A DNA stretch of 64,000 nt from Psilocybe cubensis (taxonomy: Eukaryota), in contig CM039000.1 of NCBI GenBank assembly GCA_017499595.2, positions 3,348,001 to 3,412,000 of the forward strand, in the 5' to 3' direction. Of this stretch, positions 23,577-37,675 are shown piece by piece (the first letter of the stretch is position 1; every line of letters begins with the position of its first letter). A model generated the notes under the pieces. It was not told the origin of the DNA. It made no database searches and worked only from the letters and a program-made list of their open reading frames with translations. A program made the translations under genes and the position numbers.

Positions 23577-26500
23577 GGTGGTTTACAGAAGGCAGTGACA
23601 CTGTAAGCCATCACAACAGCAGAATCCGGCGGAGTCTAAATTATTCAAGTCCCTTCAGGACCCCAAGCCTCGAGGCCGCACACCTATGACTTCCATATAC
23701 TATCATCGCCGACAGAATGCCGTCTCTATTTACAGTCTTTCTCTCAGGACAAGAGAATGAGCGCTTGAGGCTGCTGTCCACTTCTAATGTCTTGCTCCTG
23801 TCACCAGCTCAACGGATGTTTCTGCGGATGCTTTATCCACTGTTTCAACACTTTTATTCCATCGTGGCACATCACAATCTTATCCGAACTTGCTGATGGC
23901 ACAAAGCTTTGGGTGCCCGGTCTATGGTTGCATCTTTCTCAGGTTCTGCAGCGTGGGTATCAAAATCCTTCCGGAGGTCTCGAAGTCGAGGCTTATTTTC
24001 GCGGATCAATGTTTCTCGTCCTCGACTTCCTGACGCTTTCTCCGCTCCGACCAACTCAAATGACGACCCCTTCAGTATCCTTTTACACAATATGCTATCC
24101 TTTGTGACTTTCTTGATAGCATGCTCTTTCATAGCGGTACTTCCAAGGTGATTTGAGGCTGAAATCGTACAAACAATTTGCCAACTACGTTCCTTTGATT
24201 AACCATCCCAAGTTACTTTCGGGACTTATGGGTCTAGGTACCTTGATGTTATGTGAATAAATCACTGGTCTGGCCTTACCATCTTTCAATATATGTGTAC
24301 ACGCTTCAGACTTTGGGCGGCACCACTGCTGCGGTTTCTCTTGGTATGGTGCTGCGGTTTCCTTATCGTTCCCGGGATTGTCGATGTAATCAAGGCCGGA
24401 CAATTATGTCCCACCCTTCGAGCTTGGCTATTTAACTCCCACCTCGACACTGATGCTTTCAGTCTTTCCCCCTAGGTTAAGGCTCAAATCCCTTGGTGCG
24501 TCACTCTGGTAGCTCTTGCTATATCAGTTTTCTCACCTATCAAAAGCATTGCCGACAATTCCTGTCTGTTCGTATAGCGCGGCAAATTTTTTTTAATCAT
24601 TCATTCACGTCTCATGCCTCTAATTTCTGGTCGTCTTTGCGGCAATGTGTACAGTATGATTCAACAATCAGCAATGTCAACCTTTTGAAAGTTTGCCCTT
24701 GCCTTAAAAGATATTTCACACTGTTACTCTCCTTTACTACCCATCGACTTAATACTTGACATGGATCGATAGGTATGTATCATTCTTTCACAATAATCTC
24801 TCTATGCTTGTTTGCATTTTCCCAACGTGTGGCATCGTACACACTTCGCTTTCTGTTCGGTCGCTTTTATAGTCTAAAATTTTAGACAGGTGAGTATAGA
24901 CCATATTTGTCATGGGATTTAAGCCTGACTGCTGTGTACCGTTCGGCATATGGATAAACGATCATCAGCATCATAACTACTCATCGGCAGCGATGATAAT
25001 AACCTGCCCTGTAGAATTGACTGGCTCCTCAAATCCTCGGCCATTTTCGAGCATCTGATCTCTGCAATTGTAGTTCTCCATTTCCACAGCTATCTCTGTG
25101 ATCTGTAAGTAATGTCTCGCTTACAGCTGACAAGCATCGTTCCCAGCGTTCCGCCCTACGGAAGTTGGCCTATGCTTCTTCCAATGGCAAATATTTGCAT
25201 TGAATTCAAGAATGCACATTATGCTATCGCAGGTAGTGAGTGATTACGGTTTTTACATCCTCGGAGGTAGACGTATCTCATTCAAAACTTTCAAGCAAAC
25301 TCCATCATCCCAGGAAGCTCGGGCCTCGCTGAGCTTATTTTTGTTTCTGCACCAATAGAGAAGTTGAGCTTCCAATCATAGTTTTCAACGCCTGGATGGA
25401 TTCTTTCTCGTCATCTCGTCATTTTTGCCACGGTTTTCCGCGATAAAATTCCGCTGCTCTGTCATTGGTGGCTACTGCCGATCAGGTTCGGAAAGGATGC
25501 ATGCCACGACACCTCGCCTATCGCAGGAACTACGCTCAGCGATTGGTATCTACGACTCGTCGCATCGGTGGCCGACCTTTTGTGCTCACGAACCGTTCCT
25601 ACCGCTGCGCAGTGATGGACGAAGTGTCAATATCGGGCCCATCATTTGCCCATACTTGGGACTGCCTCCACACGACTACACCCTAATCTCTCGTATTTAC
25701 ACGATCCCATACGTTTTGCCACGGTAGATCGCAAGGCTTTTTGAATCACCACACAGGGTTACAGGACAGTGACGTTAGTCGAAGTCCATGTCCTCTATCC
25801 GACCCCCATTTTCTGCCATTCGCAGTAAGAATATTCAGAATTATATCATCTGTCACAGAAAGACTCATACATCATTTCACGCCCCTCTTTATATTGCTAT
25901 AGGACTATATACTCCGACTATATCTGACAATTGTGGGCACCCGTTCACACTGACGTTTCCTCAAGCCATTTCACGGCATGTTGGTCTCTCCCGAATTTGT
26001 TCATGCGTAAATATTTGATGGGTGAGATATTCTGGATGGACCATTTTGGAGGAGCATTCGCTTCCGAAATGATACTTCTCCTGTCTCCTGTTCTTATTGC
26101 ACGCAGATATCAGAACTATTGTAACTCCGTGAACGTTCGATCATGGAAGTGTTTTTCTGTGCACAAAGGCACGTCAAGCAACAGAGACCCAAAATGCAAT
26201 AAGCTATGTGATCTTGTATATCTATCGCAGGTATATCCCGGATTTCACTGATAATATTACTTCTCGAGATCCTCGCAGAAGCACGGGAAGATTTGAGGTA
26301 CTGTTCTCTTCGTATACTCAATCAGTTTCCTCAAATACTTTCGCAGCCGCTTGTTTTTACTTACAAAGGGATATTCGTACACACCTACGGCTGCGTCGTT
26401 ATGCATCTCACATTACGCAATCACTCGGAATCAATGTACCAGTGGCTGTACAACGTTTATTTCTCACCGTCAAAACCATGTCTGTGGTTTTCACCCGACC

Positions 26501-29500
26501 CCAACACCGCCGATTAGAGGATATTGTTCACATCGTCGGCCTCTCAACAACACGTGGATGAGGCTTTCCAGATCTTGATTAGGTTTCATCCCGTTTGACC
26601 AACTTTTCCTGTCCCATTGCCCATACCAGGGAGGGATGGGCATTTTTGGCCTATTCCTGGACAATCGACTCTGGCCAGCCTCCCAACAATGTTGTCGTCT
26701 GACCAGGCGCTGCTGGGAATTTGTGATTACCTCTGCATGCGGCTCGTGGTGCCATTCCATTGCTATTAACTTGCGACCAATGGCAATCCTGTTACTTATC
26801 CATCGTCGAGAGCCTGACTCAAGGAGTTTTCCGTTTACGTCGAAATTCGACTCTCGGTTTCCTCGAGAAGCTTTAGAATTTTCTCCCAGCCGACCGAGGC
26901 GCAGGTTCGGCCCCTCGCCATTGGCCCTGATGTCGATCAGTCAGGTTCGACGGGGAGGCTACTACAGTGGTGAACATAGGTTTGACGCACATGCACGCAT
27001 AATAATCACATCCCCGCCCGACACCAGCTGATTGATGCGATTATGCAGCACACCGTTTATCATGACTCAAATGAATTAGCTTATGCTGGGGTTTCACTCT
27101 TATGCCTATGTCTGCTGCATAATCAGCTTCCGCTCTCCCAAACGAAATTTGCTCATAGATTGTCATTCGTAAGGATGGGAATTTTTTGATATGCGTCCAA
27201 CCATGCTCCCTTGCCTCATTCGTGTTCCTGCTTTGCTCCACCGCTCCTTCTGCTCACATACACCAATCACTTCCTGGGAACACAAAAAGAAAATGTCATC
27301 TCAAGGTTTTGACTCTGTACAGTCCCATTTCTATGCGGCCCCCTCTTTCCCATAGCCACGCGAATAATGGCGAACACGTCCTCCTCCTGTTATTTCCCTC
27401 GTTATGTCATCAGGCATTGTTAATACATACTGCTATGGTTGGTTGGTGCTATGATTATGGACTTTTCACTCTGGCTATATTTTTACCTCGAAAATACTCC
27501 TCTCTTTTAGTCTGGGGCAGTATATTTCTGAAATCGAGTGAAATATCTTCGGCATGAATACTCCTGGTGTCAACTGAATGCTACATTCTATGTGTCTTTC
27601 TAAAGGGTATAGTGTTGACTCTAACAGACGTGTAACTCATCCTTGGAAGTAACACTTGTATGTCTCAATACAAAAAAGTGGAGGGCTCCTGAATTATTCT
27701 TGTCAATCCCAACGGCCGCCACCCCACTTTCCATGTCGTCTAATTGATGAGGACTGTACAGGTCAGGGCTTATCGCATTCACAACACATCTGATTTCCCA
27801 TCTTTTTCTCTTATCTCGAGAAACTGCTACCCGCACGGCCTAGTATAGGTGCACTTCGCTTCCTCTGGCGGCCGCCGACTTGTCCACCACCACCACCGTA
27901 TCTCGAAAACCTTTTTGACTCGGAGGCGAGTGTAACACATGGTATAGACTCTGATAGCTTCGTTATCTTTTCCCAACTCTATTTGCTATCGATTGCGCGT
28001 CCCCCGCTCGGCCAGTAATACAGTCTGTATCGTGCTACTGGTGTAGTCGGTTTCCCACCGCACAAAAACGAAACCAGATGCGTTACTCTATGTGCCGTTA
28101 CTCTAAATAGAATGGTAATAGTGCTCTAAAGACTGATACTCTGATCTATGTGAACAATGTAATGACAGTCCTCGAAATGAACGTTGGCCCTTTTGGAGCG
28201 GAATGTGTATGATGAAACTCTTCAGTTGTGTAGTTTCTAACAAGCAGAAATGTTCATTAACGTAATGGTGAGGAGGCGCTGAGATTAACCGCTATATGTG
28301 GCTATTTTGACAGCTGCAAAAGAAAAAAATATCAAAAAAATGTTTTTGGGTGGAACTTTTACTTCAATATGCCAGATGTTTTTGTCAGGTCGGGGAGTGG
28401 GCTATTCTCAGTGTTCTAAAAATAGCTCGATTTTTTCATTTCCAATTATGTTAGACCAGAAACGGGGTGTTGCAATTTGACCATCTCATGGCGAAAATTG
28501 GAGAAATGGCAGGGAGAGTGTGGTGCGCCCCATGAAAGGGGTGGATTCGAGGTCCTTGCTATCGCGGTAATTTAATCACCGTTCGTAGTTAATCTCATCA
28601 ATCGTGTCAACTGAATTATTTTGAACCGCTCTTGAATTGAGAAGGGAGCGATACGTCCTAGTCGCACTGCAGCCTACAGTTGTTTTTTCTTACCGCATGG
28701 TTGCAGAGACCAATTCGAGTCAATGCCTTGTTCTGACGTGAGTACGCATCAAGATACCTGTCCAGAAGTGGCGTTTTGCATATTTTACAGGAATAGTAAC
28801 GGACCCAAAAAAAATATTAAGAACAGAGGGCAACATAAAACGTCGAGTTTCACTTTGGGAAATGGTAGGTAAGAAGCGTATTTTGATCGAATAGAATGAA
28901 GAGATCAGGGTTTGAGGAATGAGAACTAAAAGCGCAGTGGAATACGCGTGAAGGCGGCGCTGCGCAGTGATGCCCGCCTTGGCTTTTTGCGGACAGAAAC
29001 GCCGTCCTGCGCAAGCGTTTACAGTCGGCACAGGTCCGAAGTCCGCTTGATGCCTTCGGAAGGGCCTGCGCATCCACAGCAGATGAATCATGGAAGATTA
29101 ATTATTTGATTCCCAAAAAATTCAGGGACAAGCGGCGCATTGGAGTACAACTATGCAGCGGCATGACAAGACAATAACTGCGTTTACTAGGGGACAATGA
29201 CGATATGTGCCTTCATGGAAAGATCAACGTGAGCGTCGGCAGCACCTCCAAAAGGTAAAATAAGCAATGGTTGAAACCATGCGAAGATGTCAAGATACGT
29301 GGTTATTGCTGGGATGTCAGCTATCAACGTGAGAGGGAGTATATCTTTCGACAGGGATGAGCGCGATTAACTGGCATGTGTATGGAGGAAGCAGAAAATA
29401 GCAAAGTCCACAGCTATTAGCAATTGTAATGACTTTGTTTAGGGAATGCGAAACCTTGATCAACAGGTGTAGGTCATCGGCAGTCGAGGTGATCTCAGTC

Positions 29501-32071
29501 ATCGGTCAGTGTTGATGTCGAAGTCGATGTAAGAAAGGAAGTATGATCCTGCTACGCGGATACCGTAGGATAACTTGCCGACAGCTAGATCGCTGAGTGG
29601 GGAAAATGGGTGATCGAACAGGCATTGTTCCGCAAGGCAAGGAGGAATAACAACTAAGTAGTAACGGAGGCTCGATGGAAGGCCGTGCTGCACGAAGTCT
29701 TTTTTTGAGATCTTCATCCAGACCTTAGTGTATAGCTTTCTTTTGAGTACTACGCCAGTATTATGTTGGAGAAGCACGGTCCTGTACGGTGTACCACATG
29801 GTGCAAGTGCCACTTTGTGCTTCCCACTTCAAAAAGATATAGACTATGAAGGAAACCCTCATCTAAAAGCAATCGGTGATAAGAGACTCCCATCCGTCAG
29901 GTAGATGATAGACTCGAAGAATCCTTAATGCGGACGAAAGTGACTTCACAGGAGGAGCATTCCAGATGGTACAGTGTGAAGACACCAGGTAAAGTATTAA
30001 GTGGTCAGGGCCGCTTGAAGTTCAAGACATACGGCCCCCTCACAGGTTATGGATGGATATACACGGAGTACAAGGCAAGTGTGAAGAAAAGTTGACAAAT
30101 GTTGCTGAGGAACAAAAGGTCGCGGGTCATCGTTTTTGAAAAAATGGCAGACTTTCAGACATTCGCGATTGACAGGATGGTTTGACAGTGATAGAAATTG
30201 GAGTCAGATTACATGCCGACCGCGCTGCCGATCAGGTCGAATGTTGCAAGCGCTAGATGTATGACATCAGACGCCCGCTTATGGGGTAACAATCCTGTAT
30301 CTGTTTTACAGGATATGTCAAGTCTATACTGGCTTTGAGAGTTGTATTTTGAAGAGATAAAAAGACACGTTATAGCTGATTTATTTAAGCATCGTTAGCG
30401 GGTGCTTTAGTTTCTGTGTTGTTTAGTCCCGTATAAGGAGTGCAGGGACTAACATTCAGAAAGCAGAAATTCGTTATTTGAAGACCGTGGAACGGTAAGC
30501 GGGTAGCAACTCGTCAATAAGTTGTTCAATTGCGCAACAAAGATTGTTCCTTCCTGAAAACCAATGACTCAATTGCACTTATATTTTTAGCTCTACACAA
30601 TAACACGAATTGAAGCATGTATGTTCAGCAATCTATCCAGCGTTGATGGGTGGGCCGTAGCTTTCCGTGCACCCGTATGTCGTCCAAATAGCCTACAAAG
30701 GGGATCGCGGGGATGGAACCATTTGAGGATATTCACCATGTTTGGTGGGAAAAGAGTGTGATCAAGGTGGGTAAGGGCATATGCCAGAAAGGTCGAATCA
30801 GGACAGTTGATCGAATTCGGGGTCGATAATTGGATACCGAAGGAGGTCTATTTGGCGAGGAGACCTTCCCATGGTACCAGTCTGCCCGATTTGTCTCGAC
30901 CTCGAGGACGAATCCAAGGTAATACGTTTCGATTAAACATGGACAAAACCCAAGTCAGCCAACTGTTCGATGTCATATCAGACTGAGTTGTTAGATGATG
31001 ACTACCAGCTGTGACTTGACACCAGGTAGATTCGAGGCCAATTCATCAGCTAGCCTATATCCTTTGGACTGTTGATCCTAATGCACTGATTTTAAGCTTT
31101 GAAACGGACGGGCGGGAAAGAAAGGCTCTGATATGATTGCATAATTACAATCCGGACGAAACGATCCGGAAATCGTTAGCGAGAGTGCTTAATCTAGTGG
31201 AGTTTACGAAAGTCGAGCATTACGAGACTGCAAACGCGTCCATATGGCGGGATATGGATCCAGGCAGTTTGATGACCGAGCAGAACGCGCTATGGGGTGC
31301 GGTGCGCTGAATGAGTGGGGGCAGAGCCGGTTCGGAGCTATGCCCTCGCAACTACAGGAGAGACTATAATAGACAGTTTAAAGTAGAGAGAGGATTGCGA
31401 TGGCCAAAGTGTCGGGCAGGGCGAAAATAGAGAGGTGTATTCGCAGAGAGGGGGATAAAGGTACCGTTCTTTTGTCAGTTATCCAACAGAACGGAGAGAG
31501 ATATGTCTAAAACGAGATGGTCGGCATGTGCAGGCCGAGGGTCACAGTCACGGAGAGGGGAGGGAGGGGAGTCACAGAGGGGGTAACGGGCAGTCACGGC
31601 GGGTGACAGGGAAAGAACTTGACTTTGACCACACCGCCGAATTCTGAGATTTGGACATATCAGAGCCGTTGGCAGCTGCAGATCTGCTGGATTTGTGGGG
31701 CGTGCGTGGGTGAGTCCCTAAACTCGGTTCGGCACTGTGAAAAGCAGCTATCAGCCTCCGAGCTTCGTTTCTGTACAAGCGTGTAAGTTTTTCCCCAAAC
31801 GCGGGATCTCGAATCTTGCGGTATCTGGCCATCTTGCAGTTCCATTCTCATCTCTTTCTCACTCTCTTTGCTAGTTTCCCAACTGCGTAGCTTTCGTAGC
31901 GCCACGCGAAGGTGCATAACCTCTTAATCAAAATCAGTCTTTGTCTATACACGTGAGTTGCTCTCTTTTCTCGTTTAAAGGTGTCCTGTGTGCTTCATTT
32001 CCTCCTGCTACGTCTTTGGCGCTCCTTTTCGCGAACGAAAGCGCTGTCATATCCTGCTATATTTCTCTACT

Positions 32072-35000
32072 ATGCGCGCCGTGATGCCACCATCACCTTT
32101 TGCTTATTCATCTCCCTATGCCCCGCAACCCCAATACTTCCCATCACTCTCTTATCCTGATCACTTACAACTTCCTCACCACCAGGATTATTCAATGCAC
32201 AACGACCATTCAATGTCCCAGCAGTCAATGCAGCCCCCGCCTTCCCCCTCAATACCTATCGACCCTGCATTGGCTCTCTATCCCCCTTATTATTCAAATT
32301 ACCAGCAGCAGCAGCATCCACCCCATATTCCGCAACATCTGTCTCTTCCTCCAAATTACTCATCGCCTTCTTCTCAAGGATCGGATACAATTGGCACTCC
32401 GCCTACAGAACATATGTATCCCTCTTCTTCTTCAAATCTCAATGGCAAACGGCCCTCTTCATCAATCTCGAACAGCACAATGAACGACAGTCGCAAAAAG
32501 GCGCGCAAGGACGACGAGTCCGAGATGAACAGTCCCGTTGCAGAGAAGGAGGAGGTCAAGGCAAAGCCGACAAGAGGATCTCGGTTAGTTATATCCGTCT
32601 GCGCGTCTTAACCCCGTTGTTGACTTGGGTTCCCCAGAGCATGTACGGTATGCCGACGTCTCAAAATGAAATGTGTCGGAGCGGAACAAGGGCCTCCCTG
32701 TAAACGGTGTCAGTCGGGGAACCACGAATGCATCTTTGAAGAGTCAAACAGAGGGAAAAGGTCTTCCAAGTATGTCTCCCGACGTCCACTCTTATTTTCG
32801 TGATATTGACATCCATGCAGGAAGCATGAGATTCTTACCCGATCTCTGCGGAAGATGGAACGGACGTTGGACACTGTCCTGCGTTCCATCGGTAACCCGA
32901 GCATCACTTCGGGAATGATTTCACGATCTCCCTCCCCTTCTGCCCAAACTGTAGGCACACAGGCCCTGCTCGCGGAATCACCTACTCCACCACCAGCTAC
33001 ATCGTCTTATGCTCATCCCCCGAAACCCCAACAACACGCGCCTGGATCTCCTAAACTACATTCTCTGCCAGACAATGCCCTAAATCCCCTCGGGCTGCTT
33101 GCTGAGGCAAGCTTGGCGAATCGAAGAGCCCAGGCGACCAACACGACCGGGATCATGGCAAGGCCGCATCCTGACGAAAATCCCAAACTTGGTGTTGCCA
33201 GTGACAATTACTTCAAACCTGGTAAATGCTACTTCTTCCAGAACATTTCATTAGATACTTATGTTTATTAGGCCCGATGACGATTCTTCCACTTCGTCGA
33301 TTGTACATTGAGCGTCAGATTCAGCCCGAGATGCTCAGCTTTGTTTCAACCGAAGAAGTCGTTGAACTCTTCAACATGTAAGTTATTTACCGTTTCCTAT
33401 CTTTACATGTTTCTAATCTAAGTGTGCAGCTACTTTGACCACGTAAATGTAAATAGTATCCCTGTCTTTGTCGCCAAAAGTGGAATCTAACAAAGCGCTT
33501 GTTTCAGATGCACTGTAATTTGCTAGATCGCAATTTCCACACACCATCCCTCGTCTGCTCTCGGTCACCTTTCTTGTTGACGACGAGTAAGTTTGTTTCT
33601 TGATTGTCATGCTTTTAATAATCTAATGTCCACAATCATCAGTCTGCTCCATTGCCAGCAAATTCTACACTTCTAAACCGGAGCTACATCCCAAACTCAC
33701 AGAGTTGGCAAAGAGGCTCGCGTTCAGTGTTCCCGCGAAGGGGTACAAGTCTGTCGAAATCGTGCAGGCATACCTACTCCTTGCCTTATGGGGCTGCGGA
33801 GCCGTCGAGCGTTACGAGCAAGACAAAACATGGCTTCTTTTGGGGATGGCTATCAGGTAACATTATACTCAGATTCGCTTACTTTATTCCAAATACTCAA
33901 AGGGGTCTATTAGGATGGCGACCGACCTTAATCTACACCGAAAGACCGCCGTGACGAGCCAAGATACACAGGAAGGCAAAACCCGTGATGTCGAAGTCCA
34001 CAATAGAGAGAGAACGTGGATCCTATGTTTTTGCCTCGACCGAAGTTTCAGCGCTCAGATGGGGAAGCCGAGTTCGGTGAAAGAAGAGTGAGCCATTTAA
34101 TTTTTTTCATGTTATCATGGGATGCGCCTCTAATTGACATGTCTTATCTACTTAGTTATATCATTAGAAACACAACAGCATGGTATACTTCCCATGTGGC
34201 GAGCCCTTCGGACGCCTCTTTGGCGGCATACGCAGTCAGTGTCTTTTTATGACTTATCAGAGTTTAGCTTTGGCTAAATATAAGTCGATGTTCAGGAGTT
34301 GCAGCGGATACTATCGCGGAGCCTGGAGTTCCTTTACAGCGGAACCGATACCCCTTCTGGGTTGCAGGTGCATTGCGACTATTTGCTCATCATCAAAACC
34401 TTCGAGTCGCAGATATATGGCTGGAAACAGAAATGGATAGATGGCACAAATTGGGAAGGTAGATATATTTCGTCGCCGGTTCTCTTTACTCCTTTGCTTA
34501 TGGCGCCTGCTTTGTATAGCCGAACCAGCACCTGCTGCCGAGTACAAGAAACTGATTTCTCAGTTTTACTTCAACTATGCCATGCTGGTTTTGAATTCTT
34601 TCGGGCTTCAAAATGCTCTGGAGCGTAATCCTTTGGATATTGGCCATTTCTTTGCCCGTGTGCATACTTCAGCACATGCATGTGCTACTCTTGTCCGTGA
34701 CAAGTTGGGCCCCAGCGGTTACATCAAGTACTCCCCTGACTCCCACTTTGTGCAAACTTCCTACGCCGTGCTAAGTTTGCTCAAGGTTCGACATATCTTT
34801 TTTTATCCTTGTTGATGTTTGTCTGATTTGATTGCGTACCACAGCTTGTCCGACCTGAATTCCAGGCGTTCCTCGACAATGAACAATCGACGTTGTCTCT
34901 CGTCAAGGACGTCGCTGATACTCTCGAGAGCATTGCGGCCAACCCTCTTCACACTCCTGCTTTATACAGCGGCTTCCTCCACGCTCTGATTTCCGCGAAA

Positions 35001-35598
35001 CTCGAGCAACAACCCAGTAGTCACGCGTCTGTCAATGACGAGGACAAGGTCCATGGGAACATAGACGGCGAGCAATCCAATGACGTCCACGGTGGATCAC
35101 ATACACCGAGTAGCTTTGGACACCAGGGAACGTTTGGTCACGATCCTGTCTTTTCGCTGAATGAGTTCCAGTTTGACAGCGAGATGGGGCCCGTTGCGGA
35201 TATGTCTACATTCCCCCCGACGATGGCGCCCAATCCGTCGGAAGATAGCATGGGAGCTCTTACAATGGAGAATATTCTGAGCAGCGGCTTTTGGGATAGT
35301 ATGCTTGTTCCAGGTGAGACCGATTGTTTTTTGTTCTTCTCGCGCTTTATTCCCACAGATTTGCTAAAATGTATCTCGTTTTGTAGGCTATAGTGGTATG
35401 GATGGTCTCGCTGGTGGATTTGTTTTCGGAGCTGGAGGTAGTGGGCTTATCACACCCCGCTTTGGAAACTCGCCCATGCAGTCTGGGGCTAACACCCCGG
35501 GAAGAATGCATCCTGGACACAACTCACTTACGCAGACAAGCATCAATGCGGCCTTTGACAACCAACGAAAAGAATCTGGCATCAAGATCGATTCATAG
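32072..35598 (+). CDS. Zn(II)2Cys6 fungal transcription factor with fungal-specific TF middle domain (PriB-like group)
   Basis: RGSR|ACTVCRRLKMKCVGAEQGPPCKRCQSGNHECIFEES (six-Cys cluster), a coiled coil, and middle domain KSVEIVQAYLLL...GMAI|RMATDLNLHR...RERTWILCFCLDRS. Includes a 19-nt micro-exon at 33430-33448. The start could be 32072 or 32195. Confidence 0.88.
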
Positions 35599-36764
35599 CG
35601 TTGTTCTTGTTTTATTTGAATTTTTTTTCTTTTCTTTCTAAAAACCCGAAAAATTGGACCCCTTTCCTTTGTAGTTGTATTTCGCCTGTCCCTCCGTTTT
35701 TTTTGTTCTATTCTGTTTGCGTTCATTGTGACGCCTTGCCTTTATGACATGCTGGAGAACAACGATCCGCCTTTTCCCCCTTCCCCTCCCTCCCTCCCTC
35801 CCCCATCACGTATTTTTGTGTCCTCTTTATCATCACTCCATTGCCTCCCGGGAATATCTGGTAATCAATTTTTCTTTTTTATATATCATATTCGCACCTC
35901 AACATACCACTATGTGCTCATCCCTCAATCCCCCATTACGAAAAGATTAAAGTTGTAGGCTTGTAGCTACTTAAAACTCTCATGTCGCATTATGATCTTG
36001 TGTATAATTTTTCTAGGAACTACCAGTACGAGTACAACAATAAGCTTATTTCTGTTCATAGAATGCAATTCCTCTTTTTTTTTTTTGAAAGTTCCTTTAG
36101 GGAGTGGAAAAATAGTTTACACTGGACACTTGTTACTGGACAGTCAGATTGTGTGTCTCTCTTTCTCGAAAATCTTGAAATGTGTTCCCAGGATTGCGTT
36201 TAGCGGGACTCGGCGGCCGCGCCCTGTCGAAAAGCTAACTGCCAATGAAAATAATTCGAACAATCGTTTGCATCTCACCAGTTTCTTACGTGTAAACTAT
36301 CTAGGAGTACTAATTGCACAAGTCTGCACCTTGACTCTGACCTTTTTTTGTCTTTTGTAAGCCCTCGAAGGTCATACGACCGAGGGTGTGATGGATCTTT
36401 GGGTGTCGAGTTGGTATGGTCTTTCCAAAGCCCAACCACGCTCTTCCACCTCGACGCACGCTGTGCGGGCACATGTTCTGTTTTTGGTCACGTTGGGCAA
36501 GGATGGGCCTTGAGGTGACGCGTTTTCGACGCCCCCAAGACAAGCGGCCTTGACTCATTACTCAATAACATGCAAGGCAGGCCACGATACTCTCCAAGGA
36601 GATTGAATGGTCTTTAATTGCGGTTTTCATAACCGACAACTTCGAGCGTAATTTCCTCGCGACGACTTAGATCACTCAAAGACCTCTCTCCACGGGAATC
36701 TGATTCCCTTTGAGTATATTGGATTATTGAAATTTTGAGGGGGAAGGGGAAGGGGGGTGTCATC

Positions 36765-37675
36765 ATGAAGTTCAACGCCACCTTTCTTTGGAATCGCACG
36801 ATTCACACCTTCTTGTTCGTTTTAGTCATTGCCCGTGAGTATATTTTATTTTCCCCTTCGCCGTCTGGCTCTGATGATGATTTCTGCTTGTTTGTATAGC
36901 TGTTTTGATACGATCGCAGAGCACGTCTCTGTATGTTCCAGGAATTGACCCGCGACCGTTAAGCGCCAATGTGATAGGAATTGGAAGCGACGGCCGTACC
37001 ACATGGGCTCTATACAAAGGCCAACCTGACGCGACCGATACATCAAGCTATGTAGATTTTATTGGCACTGGTGAGTTCAACGCCTTTGCTCGTCCAAAGG
37101 TTCCCACCATAGCGGGCCGGCGTTCACCTTCATAACATTGACGACGATATCTTTTGCCATGTCCAACGTCCATGAACCACATTCATGCAGCCACGCTCGT
37201 TCAAGGCCCAAACGACGTTTATCTGACGTATGCCAACTCTCGAGCACAACTCACGCTCGGAGAAGAATGTACCTTCTCGGGAACCCCCGGCGCACCAACT
37301 TCCCCAACGCTGGCAATATGCACCATCGTCGCGCAAGGAAGCACTGCAACTCAAACGGAGGCTGTAAGCTATTTGCCGATCCAGGGAGGGGGCGTCGTCG
37401 GGCCCCCGTCTTCTGGCTCGTCGATTTCCAGTCCCAGTGCCCCAGGTTTCACAACGGGAAGCTCGACGATGGTAAAAGGTACCGACGGCGATGCTTCTTC
37501 TGGTACAGATATGGTATCCGACTCTTCGGGCGCTGTTACCCCACCCCAGTCCGGGGCACTGCCGAGTGCGAGCTCGTCAGGCCTTCCCAGCTCTTCCAAT
37601 TACAAACCCGACATGTCTCATTGGCTTGTTCTTGTTGTCCTCACAGTGTTGCATTTTCTCTGCGTTTCTTTATAG
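36765..37675 (+). CDS. Small secreted Ser/Gly/Thr-rich cell-surface protein, probably GPI-anchored
   Basis: Three exons: hydrophobic leader MKFNATFLWNRTIHTFLFVLVIA, then SLYVPGIDPRPLSANVIGIGSDGRTTW...GT|ATLVQGP with two Cys, an S/T-rich stalk and a hydrophobic C-terminal tail. Confidence 0.75.

Noticed and set aside
37661..37675. C-terminal CVSL resembling a CaaX box (pheromone-like precursor)
   Set aside because: It ends a long secreted protein with a hydrophobic GPI-type tail, and no STE3-type receptor or mating locus was recognised in the window.
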